In this document: positions 54,976-64,000 of the stretch, in pieces
Numbering within the stretch: the first letter of the stretch is position 1
Layout of the letters: every line of letters starts with the position of its first letter
Assembly (NCBI GenBank): GCA_036494725.1
Contig: DASXNX010000116.1
Span: 794-64,793, forward strand
DNA length: 64,000 bases
Direction: 5' to 3'
From: Steroidobacteraceae bacterium
GTDB taxonomy: Bacteria; Pseudomonadota; Gammaproteobacteria; Steroidobacterales; Steroidobacteraceae
Position numbers and translations under genes: made by a program
The notes under the pieces: generated by a model
What the model saw: the letters and a program-made list of their open reading frames with translations, nothing else
Told to the model about the DNA's origin: nothing
The model's database searches: none

Positions 54976-56550
54976 TCACTCCCACTCGATCGTCGCCGGC
55001 GGCTTTCCTGAAATGTCGTACACCACCCGCGATATCCCCGCCACTTCATTGATGATCCGATGCGCGACCCGATCCAAGAAGTCATACGGCAGACGCGCCC
55101 AGCGCGCCGTCATGAAATCGATGGTTTCAACGGCGCGCAGCGCGATCACATAGTCGTAGCGGCGCCCGTCGCCCATCACGCCCACCGAACGCACCGGCAA
55201 GAACACTGCGAATGCCTGGCTGACCTTGTCATAGAGATCGTGCGTACGAAGCTCCTCGATGAAAATGGCATCGGCCCGGCGCAACAGATCCGCGTGCGAT
55301 TTGATGATTGACCCGAGGATGCGCACTCCCAGGCCGGGTCCCGGGAATGGATGGCGCTGCACCATCTCTTTGGGAAGCCCCAATGCCAGACCGAGCTTTC
55401 GGACCTCGTCCTTGAACAGTTCGCGCAGGGGTTCCAGCAGCTTGAGCTTCATATGCTTCGGCAAGCCGCCCACATTGTGGTGCGACTTGATGACATGCGC
55501 TTTGCCGGTCTTGGCGCCCGCCGATTCGATCACATCGGGATAGATGGTTCCCTGCGCCAGCCATGCGATGTATTCGAGTTTCGACGCTTCCTCGTCGAAT
55601 ACTTCTATGAAAACTCGCCCGATGATTTTGCGCTTCTTCTCAGGGTCCTCTTCGCCGGCCAACGCAGAGAGGAATCGCTGCTCGGCATCGACGCGAATGA
55701 CTTTGACGCCCATGTGCTCGGCAAACGTGGCCATGACTTGGTCGCCCTCGCCCAAGCGCAGCAGGCCGTGATCGACGAATACGCACGTCAGTTGCGCACC
55801 GATGGCCCGGTGCAGAAGCGCGGCCAGTACCGACGAATCGACGCCTCCCGATAGGCCCAGCAGTACCCGGTCGCTGCCGACTTGGTCGCGAATCCGCGCC
55901 ACACTGTCCTCGATGATGTTGCGGGTGTCCCAGCCGGCAGAGAGGCCCGCGATCTCGCGCACGAAGCGCCTCAAGATCTCGCCCCCTTGCAAGGTGTGCG
56001 TGACTTCGGGATGGAACTGGACGCCGTACATGCGCCGCGAATCATCCGCCATGGCGGCGAGCGGCGCATTGTCGCTGGCCGCAATGACCTTGAATCCCGG
56101 CGGCAAGGCGGTGACCCGGTCGCCATGACTCATCCACACGTCCAGTATGGGCCGGCCTTGCGCGTCTCGATTGTCTTCGAGGCCTTCGAGCAAGGGCGAA
56201 TCGGCCGTGGGTCTTACCTGCGCGGCGCCAAACTCTCGGTGCGCCGAGCCCTCCACCTGACCACCCAACTGCGCAGCCATGGCTTGCATGCCGTAGCAAA
56301 TGCCGAGGATGGGCACGCCCATCGTGAAAACCTCGCGCGGCGCCTCGAGACCCTTGGCGTCGTAAACCGATTCAGGGCCGCCGGACAGGATGATGGCTTT
56401 GGGGGCGAAGCGTTCGATGTCGGCGGGTGACGCGTCGCAGGCGTAGATTTCGGAATAAACGCCCAGCTCGCGCACTCGCCGGGCGATCAACTGCGTGTAC
56501 TGTGCACCAAAATCGAGAATCAGAACCCGGTCCGCATGGATGTCCGCCAT
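54976..56550 (-). CDS. guaA: GMP synthase (glutamine-hydrolysing)
   Basis: [35 protein letters not shown]..., [15 protein letters not shown], and C-terminal KPPATIEWE. The start overlaps the guaB stop by 1 nt (TGATG). Confidence 0.95.
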   Translation of the reverse strand: MADIHADRVLILDFGAQYTQLIARRVRELGVYSEIYACDASPADIERFAPKAIILSGGPESVYDAKGLEAPREVFTMGVPILGICYGMQAMAAQLGGQVEGSAHREFGAAQVRPTADSPLLEGLEDNRDAQGRPILDVWMSHGDRVTALPPGFKVIAASDNAPLAAMADDSRRMYGVQFHPEVTHTLQGGEILRRFVREIAGLSAGWDTRNIIEDSVARIRDQVGSDRVLLGLSGGVDSSVLAALLHRAIGAQLTCVFVDHGLLRLGEGDQVMATFAEHMGVKVIRVDAEQRFLSALAGEEDPEKKRKIIGRVFIEVFDEEASKLEYIAWLAQGTIYPDVIESAGAKTGKAHVIKSHHNVGGLPKHMKLKLLEPLRELFKDEVRKLGLALGLPKEMVQRHPFPGPGLGVRILGSIIKSHADLLRRADAIFIEELRTHDLYDKVSQAFAVFLPVRSVGVMGDGRRYDYVIALRAVETIDFMTARWARLPYDFLDRVAHRIINEVAGISRVVYDISGKPPATIEWE

Positions 56551-58016
56551 CAACCGATCCGATAGTTGGGCGCTTCTTTGGTGATGGTCACATCGTGCAC
56601 GTGACTCTCGCGAACGCCTGCATTGGTGATTCGCACGAACTGCGGCCGGGTCCGCATCTCCTCGATGCTGCCGCTGCCGGTGTACCCCATGGCGGCGCGC
56701 AAGCCGCCCGAGAGCTGGTGCAGGATGGCTATCAGACTGCCCTTGTACGGAACACGGCCTTCGATGCCTTCCGGCACCAATTTCTCGAGTTCCGTGGTCG
56801 TGTCCTGAAAATAGCGATCGCTCGAGCCGTGCGCCTGCGCCATCGCACCCAACGAGCCCATGCCGCGGTAGGCCTTGTACGAGCCCCCTTGATACAGCTC
56901 CACCTCTCCCGGCGACTCTTCGGTGCCCGCGAACATTCCGCCGATCATCACGCAGTGCGCGCCGGCGGCAAGCGCCTTGGCGATGTCTCCGGAATAGCGG
57001 ATTCCGCCGTCTCCGATCACCGGCACGCCTGTGCCCTCGAGGGCCTTGGCGACTCGCGCGATCGCGCTTATTTGCGGCACGCCCACGCCGGCGATGACGC
57101 GCGTGGTGCAGATGGAGCCCGGACCGATGCCCACCTTGACCGCATCGGCGCCGTGCTTGACCAGATCGAGCGCCGCCTCGGCGGTGACGATATTGCCGCC
57201 GATCACCTGAATATCCGAATATTTCGCCTTGATTCTCGACACCATGTCGAGAACTCCGCGCGAATGCCCGTGCGAGGTATCCACCACGACCACGTCGACC
57301 CCCGCATCGCGCAGCGCGCCGACCCGGTCCAAGGTATCGGGGGATGTCCCCACCGCCGCGCCGACGCGCAAGCTGCCGACGCTGTCCTTGCAGGCATTTG
57401 GGAACTCGGTGGCCTTCTGGAAATCCTTGACCGTGATCATTCCTTTCAATTCATGATCGCCGGTGACGACCAGCACCTTCTCGATGCGATGCTTGTGCAG
57501 CAGCGCCAAAACCTGATCCTTGGGCGCGTTTTCCCGCACGGTGATCAGGCGATCCTTCGGGGTCATCACCGACGAGACGGGTGCATCGAGCTTGGTTTCG
57601 AAGCGCAGGTCGCGGTGCGTGACGATGCCGACGACCTTGGTGCCAAGCACCACCGGTACGCCGGAGATGTTCTTGGCGCGGGTCAAATCGATGACCTGGC
57701 GAATGGTCATGTCCGGATTGACGGTGATCGGATCGCTGATCACACCGCTCTCGAATTTCTTGACGCGATCGACCTGGCGCGCCTGATTGTCGATGGACAT
57801 GTTCTTATGAATGATGCCGATCCCGCCTTCCTGCGCGATGGTGATCGCGAGGCGCGCTTCGGTGACGGTATCCATCGCGGCGGATACCACAGGCAGATTG
57901 ACGCGGATTTCGCGGGTTAACTGGCTTGCCAGAGAGACATCGCGCGGCAGAACTTCGGAATATGCCGGCACCAGCAACACGTCATCGAATGTGAGTGCCT
58001 CTTCTAAAATACGCAT
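56550..58016 (-). CDS. guaB: IMP dehydrogenase
   Basis: [29 protein letters not shown], catalytic [14 protein letters not shown] pair. Start at ATG 58016, not the extended track ORF. Confidence 0.95.
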   Translation of the reverse strand: MRILEEALTFDDVLLVPAYSEVLPRDVSLASQLTREIRVNLPVVSAAMDTVTEARLAITIAQEGGIGIIHKNMSIDNQARQVDRVKKFESGVISDPITVNPDMTIRQVIDLTRAKNISGVPVVLGTKVVGIVTHRDLRFETKLDAPVSSVMTPKDRLITVRENAPKDQVLALLHKHRIEKVLVVTGDHELKGMITVKDFQKATEFPNACKDSVGSLRVGAAVGTSPDTLDRVGALRDAGVDVVVVDTSHGHSRGVLDMVSRIKAKYSDIQVIGGNIVTAEAALDLVKHGADAVKVGIGPGSICTTRVIAGVGVPQISAIARVAKALEGTGVPVIGDGGIRYSGDIAKALAAGAHCVMIGGMFAGTEESPGEVELYQGGSYKAYRGMGSLGAMAQAHGSSDRYFQDTTTELEKLVPEGIEGRVPYKGSLIAILHQLSGGLRAAMGYTGSGSIEEMRTRPQFVRITNAGVRESHVHDVTITKEAPNYRIG

Positions 58017-58092
58017 AGGGTTCGCGTTCACGGGTTCGCTTAAGAGGCGGCGCATTGTACCTTGCGCGTGCTGCGCGGTAAACCGCAGTATC

Positions 58093-59442
58093 ATGGTACG
58101 CATGGAAGCAGCGGCAAATCGCGACATTTACAGCGTTTCACGCCTCAACCGCGAGGTCCGCGTGCTGCTGGAACGCGGTTTTGGCCCGCTGTGGCTGGAG
58201 GCGGAGATTTCCAACCTCGCCAGGCCCAGCTCCGGACACTGGTACTTTTCCCTGAAAGATGCCACGGCGCAAGTACGCTGCTGCATGTTCCGCCAGAGAA
58301 ACATGCTGTGCGCCTTCGCTCCCAAGGATGGCCAGAAGGTGCTGGTCAGGGCGCGAATCGGTCTGTACGAGCCGCGCGGCGAGTACCAGCTCGTTATCGA
58401 TCATATGGAGGATTCGGGGCTCGGTGCCCTGAAGCGTCAATTCGAGGAATTGTCCGCGAAGCTCGCGGCGGAAGGCTTGTTCGCCCCGGAGCGTAAGCGA
58501 TCCTTGCCCATGCTTCCCAAGCGTATCGGCGTGATCACCAGCCCGAGCGGCGCGGCGATCCGCGACATTCTGCACGTGCTGGCGCGGCGCTTCGCCGCGG
58601 TTCCCGTGCTGATTTACCCTGTGGCCGTGCAAGGCGCGGCCGCGGCCGCCGAGATCCTGGCGGCGGTACGCACAGCCGGCCGGCGTGCGGAGTGCGATGT
58701 GCTCATCCTGGCGCGCGGCGGCGGCTCGCTCGAGGACCTCTGGGCCTTCAACGACGAGGCGTTGGCGCGCGCCATCGCGGCATCGCCCATCCCGATCGTG
58801 AGCGGCATCGGCCACGAAATCGATTTCACCATCGCGGACTTCGCAGCGGATGTACGTGCGCCCACTCCTTCGGCGGCCGCCGAGATCGCCGTGCCCGACG
58901 GCGAAGAATGGCTTGCTTCGATCCGGCGTTTGGGTCAGCGGCTGAAGCGCGCAATGCGACGCCGGGTGGAGAGCGAAGGCGAACGCCTGCGCTGGCTGAT
59001 GGGCCGCGCATCGCAAGTCAGCCCTACTGCAAGACTTGCCCAGCAAGGGCAAAGACTGGATGAATTGGAACAACGGCTATCGCGGGCGCTTCGCCAGATC
59101 GTGTCGGATCGCCGTGCGGCGCTCGGCGAGAAGCGCAGCCGTCTATGGCAATTGAGCCCCGTGGCGCGCGTGCGCGGCACGGCGGCACGGCATGCCGCGC
59201 TGTTCGCCAGATTGCGCGCTGCCGGTCTTCGGCAGCTGCACGTCGCCCGTGAACGGCTTAGCCCGCTGGTGCGTACCTTGAACGCCGTGAGCCCGCTGGC
59301 CACGCTCGATCGCGGCTATGCCATCGTCAGCAGCGACACCGGCGGCATATTGCGGAACGCCGCGGATGCTGCGCCGGGCAGCCTCATAGAGGCTCGGCTG
59401 GCGACCGGTAAGATTCGCGCAAAAGTAGAAAGCACGTCGTGA
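58093..59442 (+). CDS. xseA: Exodeoxyribonuclease VII large subunit
   Basis: [45 protein letters not shown]. Divergent from guaB, as in E. coli. ATG 58102 is an alternative start. Confidence 0.9.
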   Translation: MVRMEAAANRDIYSVSRLNREVRVLLERGFGPLWLEAEISNLARPSSGHWYFSLKDATAQVRCCMFRQRNMLCAFAPKDGQKVLVRARIGLYEPRGEYQLVIDHMEDSGLGALKRQFEELSAKLAAEGLFAPERKRSLPMLPKRIGVITSPSGAAIRDILHVLARRFAAVPVLIYPVAVQGAAAAAEILAAVRTAGRRAECDVLILARGGGSLEDLWAFNDEALARAIAASPIPIVSGIGHEIDFTIADFAADVRAPTPSAAAEIAVPDGEEWLASIRRLGQRLKRAMRRRVESEGERLRWLMGRASQVSPTARLAQQGQRLDELEQRLSRALRQIVSDRRAALGEKRSRLWQLSPVARVRGTAARHAALFARLRAAGLRQLHVARERLSPLVRTLNAVSPLATLDRGYAIVSSDTGGILRNAADAAPGSLIEARLATGKIRAKVESTS

Positions 59443-60269
59443 ATCGCAGCAACAGGTTGAGTCGATGCACTGCGGCGCTGCTGGCGATCGCGCCGTCGCT
59501 TGGGTGGTGCTACGAGCTGCCACGCGAGAATGCGGTCCCGGGGGGCCTGAAAATCATTCGACTCGATGCCCGCGGCGCCGGGCTGCCCTATGTGGACGCT
59601 GATGGGCATCGAGCCCTGGTGATTCAGGACGGCGCGGATTGGGTCGCGGTCATCGGCATCCCTTTGTCCGCGCCGCTGACCGAGCGGCACGTTGTTGTTC
59701 ACACTCCCGCAGGCAGGCAGGAACTCGAGTTCCTGGTCGGCGAGAAACACTATGCCAGTCAGTCTTTGAAGGTGGCGCCCGCGAAGGTCGATCTATCGCC
59801 GGAAGATCTGGCACGAGCGAATCGCGAACGCGCGCAGATCGATGAGGCATTGAATCGCTGGAGCAATGACGAGCCTCAGTCCCTGCGCATGCCGCAGCCG
59901 GTTCCGGGCATTCGCAGCAGTTCGTTCGGCTTGCGGCGTATATTCAACGGCCAATCTCGCAATCCGCACAGCGGCATGGATATTGCCGCGCCCACCGGGA
60001 CGCCGGTGAAGGCTCCCATCGCCGGAACGGTGATCGATGCGGATGACTTCTTCTTCAACGGCAATACGGTCTTTGTCGATCACGGCCGCGGCCTGATCAG
60101 CATGTACTGCCACTTGAGCGCCATCGACGTGGTGCCCGGACAGCGGGTGGCCGCGGGCACGGTCTTGGGCAAGGTCGGCATGACCGGGCGGGTGACCGGT
60201 CCGCACCTGCACTGGGCCCTGATGCTGAATCGAGCCTGGGTCGACCCAGAGTTGTTCGTGGCTGACTGA
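59439..60269 (+). CDS. M23 family metallopeptidase
   Basis: HSGMDIAAPTGTPV (HxxxD) and GPHLHWAL (HxH) LytM-type motifs. The GTG start overlaps the xseA stop (GTGA). Confidence 0.85.
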   Translation: MNRSNRLSRCTAALLAIAPSLGWCYELPRENAVPGGLKIIRLDARGAGLPYVDADGHRALVIQDGADWVAVIGIPLSAPLTERHVVVHTPAGRQELEFLVGEKHYASQSLKVAPAKVDLSPEDLARANRERAQIDEALNRWSNDEPQSLRMPQPVPGIRSSSFGLRRIFNGQSRNPHSGMDIAAPTGTPVKAPIAGTVIDADDFFFNGNTVFVDHGRGLISMYCHLSAIDVVPGQRVAAGTVLGKVGMTGRVTGPHLHWALMLNRAWVDPELFVAD

Positions 60270-60278
60270 CGCCGAGGC

Positions 60279-60860
60279 TTAGGTGTTACCCAGCATGTGG
60301 TCGACCGCGGCGGGCTCCAGCGGCATGGCCATCGCGGCCTGACGCAGTCGCGCGCTGTGTTCTTGGACGGCCGCACCTGAAGGCTGCATGTCGATTTGAC
60401 CCTGGAAGAATGCACCGTCGCTGATGCCGACTCGCGGCGCGAACACATTACCCTTCACCTTGGCGGTGGCTCGAATGCTGACGGATTCGGTGGCATACAA
60501 ATCGCCCTCGACCTTGCCATCGATGACGATGACGCGGGCGCGAATGTCGCCCTTCATCGTGCCGTCCGTGCCGATGGTGAGACTCTGCGTATGGGTGATC
60601 GACCCTTCCACGCTGCCCTGAACGATCAGGTCTTCCTGCGCCGACAGTTCGCCGCGAAAACGCAGTGTGGGTCCCAGCACGGAGACGCGCGCCCCCTCAC
60701 TCTTGGCTTCCGGCCGCGGTTCCGCAACTCGGGTTGCCGGCGATGGCGTTCGCGGTTCGGCCCCCGGCACGCGCGGTTCGGGACGGGTGACTGAGGGTTC
60801 TGGGCGAGGGTTGGTCATCATGAGATCGTCTCCAGCAAGAGGTTTCTTAAGCCACGACAT
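60279..60860 (-). CDS. Bactofilin family protein with Pro-rich N-terminal extension
   Basis: Bactofilin core VLGPTLRFRGELSAQEDLIVQGSVEGSITHTQSLTIGTDGTMKGDIRARVIVIDGKVEGDLYA...GAFFQGQIDM. N-terminus MSWLKKPL followed by (E/N)PRP-type repeats. Confidence 0.85.
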   Translation of the reverse strand: MSWLKKPLAGDDLMMTNPRPEPSVTRPEPRVPGAEPRTPSPATRVAEPRPEAKSEGARVSVLGPTLRFRGELSAQEDLIVQGSVEGSITHTQSLTIGTDGTMKGDIRARVIVIDGKVEGDLYATESVSIRATAKVKGNVFAPRVGISDGAFFQGQIDMQPSGAAVQEHSARLRQAAMAMPLEPAAVDHMLGNT

Positions 60861-60862
60861 TG

Positions 60863-61273
60863 TTAGGCGGCGCCGCCGGCTGCCTTAGGCGCACGTACCG
60901 CATCGTTTTTGCCTGATTGTTGGCCGGACTTCTTGCCGTTCATGTCGATGCTGCCGCTGAAATTGGCGCCCTCGGTGATGCTGACCGTCGGCGCATAAAT
61001 ATTGCCGCAAACCTTTGCGGTCTCCTTCACGAACACTGACTTCTCGGCCTGCAAGTCGCCGTCCACGGTGCCCTCGACAATGATCAGCTGCGCCTTGATA
61101 TCGGCCTTGACAGTGCCTTGAGCCCCGACCGTGAGACGCTGGGTATGGGTAATCGACCCTTCCACCCGCCCCTGAATCAACAGGTCCTCTTCCGCGCTCA
61201 AATCGCCTTTGAAATATAGCGTCGGACCTAGGATCGAAGCTCGGTCGGTCGCGCTGTTATAGGGATTGCTCAT
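60863..61273 (-). CDS. Bactofilin family protein
   Basis: ILGPTLYFKGDLSAEEDLLIQGRVEGSITHTQRLTVGAQGTVKADIKAQLIIVEGTVDGDLQA...GANFSGSIDM. 2-nt gap to the downstream paralog. Confidence 0.85.
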   Translation of the reverse strand: MSNPYNSATDRASILGPTLYFKGDLSAEEDLLIQGRVEGSITHTQRLTVGAQGTVKADIKAQLIIVEGTVDGDLQAEKSVFVKETAKVCGNIYAPTVSITEGANFSGSIDMNGKKSGQQSGKNDAVRAPKAAGGAA

Positions 61274-61434
61274 ACGGGTGTCTCCGGAGTCTTTTTCAGT
61301 GCTTCAGGGCAGGTGCAGACTACCTGGCATAATCGTTTAGGAAGTGAGACCTTTCTCACGAATCGGCGCACTGTAAAAACGGCGCAATAACCCATGTCGC
61401 CAAAAGGAGACGCTCGTTGGCCTCGGCCCTTGGC

Positions 61435-61797
61435 CTAGGTCGGCGGCGTCGCGACCGCCTTGGATTTCTTTGGCGGCGCGGCAGACTCGACCAACGATGC
61501 CAGCTGGCAGCGCTGCTGATCCCCGACGAGGATGCTGCTGAATTTGTCGAACGTGCCGTTGGGATTCGATTGGAACGACAGTCGATTCGTGGCCGTGGGT
61601 AGATCGAAGCAGGTGCCCAACAGCGTGGCCTTGTACCACCTGCCTCCCCGGTCCTTCAGCAGCACGGTCTTCATATCCACGACTTGCCAGTCGATGATTC
61701 CGCCCTTGTTGGCGAATGGAATCTGCGCCTCCGGGGGCGCAGCAAACGATTGTCCCAAGCTTAGCGCCAAGACCGCCGCTATCAGGAGCCTACGCAT
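61435..61797 (-). CDS. DUF6491-like exported protein
   Basis: Signal peptide, then IPFANKGGIIDWQVVDMKTVLLKDRGGRWYKATLLGTCFDL...QRCQLASL. Family assignment from memory of the pattern. Confidence 0.6.
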   Translation of the reverse strand: MRRLLIAAVLALSLGQSFAAPPEAQIPFANKGGIIDWQVVDMKTVLLKDRGGRWYKATLLGTCFDLPTATNRLSFQSNPNGTFDKFSSILVGDQQRCQLASLVESAAPPKKSKAVATPPT

Positions 61798-62581
61798 CGG
61801 CGTCCTGTTTTTTTACGGCGGGCTGGCGCGTCAGGTAGTCATCCAGGCTGTGTGCCAGCGAGACAAAGTCCGAAGGAATCATGATCACCGTGGTGCTGTT
61901 GTTGTCAGCACCCACCTCGGAAATCATCTGCATGCGACGCAGTTCCAGCGCCGCGGGATTCTTGGCGATTTGCGCGGCGGCGGCCGATAATTTGACCGAG
62001 GCCTCGAGCTCCGCCTCGGCTTTGATGATGCGCGCGCGCTTTTCGCGGATCGCTTCGGCCTGCATGGCCATCACCTGCTGCATCGCCTGGGGCAATTCCA
62101 CATCCTTCATCTCGAAGCGCTGCACTTCCAGGCCCCAGGACGCGGTGGATCCTGAGACATTTTCGCTGAGCAGCGTGTTGATCTTGTTTCGCTCCTGCAG
62201 AATCTCGTCGAGATCATGCTGGCCGATGATGTTGCGCAAGCCGGTGAGCGACAGCTGATAGACGGCCGCCGGTGCATCGGCCACCGCGATGACCGCCTTG
62301 GCCGCGTCGACGATCCGATACCAGAGCACCGCGTTCACTTTGATGGTCACGCTGTCGCGTGTGATGGTTTCTTGCTGCTCCGCCGAGACGGTGCGCGTGC
62401 GGATGTCCACTCGGACCGCGCGCTCTATTCCCAAAGGAATGATCCAGTACAGACCCGGTCCGCGCAGCCCCGTATAGCGTCCCAACCGGAACACCACGCC
62501 GCGCTCGTATTCCTGGGCGATACGAAAACCGGACAGGGCAATCACGACCAGCGCAACAATGAGAATATCGAGGATGGGCAC
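61790..62581 (-). CDS. SPFH/band-7 (slipin/stomatin-like) membrane protein
   Basis: N-terminal TM, then RIAQEYERGVVFRLGRYTGLRGPGLYWIIP...TRDSVTIKVNAVLWYRIVD...AMQAEAIREKRARIIKAEAE. GTG start with RBS GGAAGGAG. Confidence 0.85.
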   Translation of the reverse strand: MPILDILIVALVVIALSGFRIAQEYERGVVFRLGRYTGLRGPGLYWIIPLGIERAVRVDIRTRTVSAEQQETITRDSVTIKVNAVLWYRIVDAAKAVIAVADAPAAVYQLSLTGLRNIIGQHDLDEILQERNKINTLLSENVSGSTASWGLEVQRFEMKDVELPQAMQQVMAMQAEAIREKRARIIKAEAELEASVKLSAAAAQIAKNPAALELRRMQMISEVGADNNSTTVIMIPSDFVSLAHSLDDYLTRQPAVKKQDADA

Positions 62582-62639
62582 GATGAACTCCTTCCGTAGA
62601 GTTCAAGTTTACCTCCGATCCGCGATGGCCTGCCAATCG

Positions 62640-63962
62640 CTACTCGATGCTCTCTCCATGCAAGGTAATGTCCAGACCTTCGCGCTCCTGTTCCTCCGAT
62701 ACGCGCAAACCCATGGTCATATCGATGACCTTCAAGATGACGAAGCTGACGATAAAGCTATAGCCGACCGTGGTCGCGACGCCTTTGAGCTGGGTGAACA
62801 CCGAGCCGTCGACGCCGCTGATCTCCTTGCTGACAAAGGCCCCGGTCAGCAAGGCACCGATAATGCCGCCGATCCCGTGAACCCCGAACGCGTCCAGGGA
62901 ATCGTCGTATTTGAGCGCGTGCTTGAGCGAGGTCGCGGCGACATAGCACACCACGCCGGCCACCATGCCGATGATCACCGCCGGGGTGGGTCCGACAAAT
63001 CCGGATGCCGGCGTGATGGCAACCAGTCCTGCGACGGCGCCGGATGCGATTCCCAGCACACTGGGCTTGCCCTTGGAAATCCATTCCGCGAACATCCAGC
63101 CGAGCGCCGCCGCGGCGGTGGCCATTTGAGTGACCAACATGGCCATGCCGGCACGCCCATCGGCCGCCCCCGCCGAGCCTGCGTTGAAACCAAACCAACC
63201 TACCCACAAAAGCGACGCCCCCATGAGGGTATAGGTGAGATTGTGGGGCTGCATGGCTTCGCGCCCATAGCCCAAGCGCTTGCCCAGCACGAGGCAGCTG
63301 GCGAGGCCCGCCATGCCGGCGTTGATGTGCACGACCGTGCCGCCGGCATAGTCCAGTACACCGGCGGCGTTGAGCCAGCCCGTGGGCTCCCACACCATGT
63401 GGGCGATGGGCGCGTACACGAGCAGCGACCACGCCGCCATGAAAACCAGCATGGCGGAGAACTTCATGCGATCCGCAAAGGCGCCGGCAATCAGCGCCGG
63501 CGTGATGGCCGCGAAGGTCAGCTGAAACATGGCGTACACGGTCTCAGGAATGGTCAAGGCCAGATGGGAGACCGACATCTTGTTGACCGGATCATGCATG
63601 AAGGTCATGCCGTTGAAGAAGGCGCGGCTCGATCCGCCCAGAAATTTGCCGCCGGGAGTGAACGCCCAGGAGTAGCCGATCACCCACCACAAAATCGTCA
63701 CCACGCACACGATGGCGAAGGTTTGCATCAGCGTCGCCAGCACATTTTTCTTGCGCACCATGCCGCCGTAGAACAGCGCGAGGCCCGGTATCGACATCAT
63801 CAGCACCAAGGCGGTTGACGTCAGCATCCAAGCCGTGTCGCCCGCATTGATCTTGTCGACGGCCAGCAAGACCGGCGCGGTCGGCGCCGCCTCGTCCGCC
63901 AACGCGCCGGACATCGCCAGCGTCAACACAGCAAGACCAGCCAATCTCGGCAATTTACTCAT
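62640..63962 (-). CDS. amtB: Ammonium transporter
   Basis: Signal peptide plus Amt signatures (DYAGGTVVHINAGMAGL, FGVHGIGGIIGALLTG). Confidence 0.9.
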   Translation of the reverse strand: MSKLPRLAGLAVLTLAMSGALADEAAPTAPVLLAVDKINAGDTAWMLTSTALVLMMSIPGLALFYGGMVRKKNVLATLMQTFAIVCVVTILWWVIGYSWAFTPGGKFLGGSSRAFFNGMTFMHDPVNKMSVSHLALTIPETVYAMFQLTFAAITPALIAGAFADRMKFSAMLVFMAAWSLLVYAPIAHMVWEPTGWLNAAGVLDYAGGTVVHINAGMAGLASCLVLGKRLGYGREAMQPHNLTYTLMGASLLWVGWFGFNAGSAGAADGRAGMAMLVTQMATAAAALGWMFAEWISKGKPSVLGIASGAVAGLVAITPASGFVGPTPAVIIGMVAGVVCYVAATSLKHALKYDDSLDAFGVHGIGGIIGALLTGAFVSKEISGVDGSVFTQLKGVATTVGYSFIVSFVILKVIDMTMGLRVSEEQEREGLDITLHGESIE

Positions 63963-63977
63963 CTTTCCCCCAGTGGA

Positions 63978-64000
63978 CTAAATAGCGCTGGCGTCGCGTT
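63978..64000 (-). CDS. glnK: Probable 3' end of a PII nitrogen regulator gene (partial)
   Basis: Only 7 codons are visible (...RDASAI-stop), 15 nt upstream of amtB. The call rests mainly on the conserved glnK-amtB arrangement. Confidence 0.35.

Noticed and set aside
54900-54990. Search for a duplicated guaA 3' end (att-like direct repeat) that would delimit an island inserted at guaA.
   Set aside because: By eye I found only short (7-9 nt) inverted matches such as GTGAGTT. Nothing convincing. The island idea therefore rests on composition and gene content only.

Overview
GC-rich (roughly 62-65% by eye) proteobacterial chromosomal segment. The synteny (guaB-guaA divergent from xseA, mltF/tadA, glnK-amtB, S46 peptidase) looks gammaproteobacterial, but I cannot assign a genus. 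I support about 55 protein-coding genes, one tRNA-Ser(CGA) and two gene remnants. I saw no rRNA, CRISPR array, transposase or integrase. Most of the window is housekeeping or envelope functions (RND efflux operon, MFS transporters, two-component system, purine genes). Four parts deserve a second look. (1) A seven-gene, co-directional string of mostly exported proteins: DUF3300, DUF2950, PQQ dehydrogenase, PAL-like NHL propeller, a DHDPS-family aldolase with a twin-arginine signal, cytochrome c, DHFR-like. (2) An ECF sigma factor and a transmembrane Ser/Thr kinase with a TolB-like propeller, followed by two divergent GH9-like paralogs. The paralogs are preceded by an ECF-type promoter motif, and the whole 5.4-kb GH9 block is bracketed by a 36-bp imperfect direct repeat. 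(3) A three-gene operon (Arg-rich unknown protein, zinc-ribbon membrane protein, zinc-ribbon site-2 protease) in a lower-GC accessory patch with vapBC, a decayed P-loop ATPase and a DUF4143 ATPase next to guaA. (4) A stand-alone receiver lacking the phospho-acceptor Asp, overlapping a hybrid histidine kinase gene. All functional calls rest on motif recognition from the translated ORFs. No database search was possible. Start codons are often my choice among ATG/GTG/TTG candidates inside the longest-ORF track.
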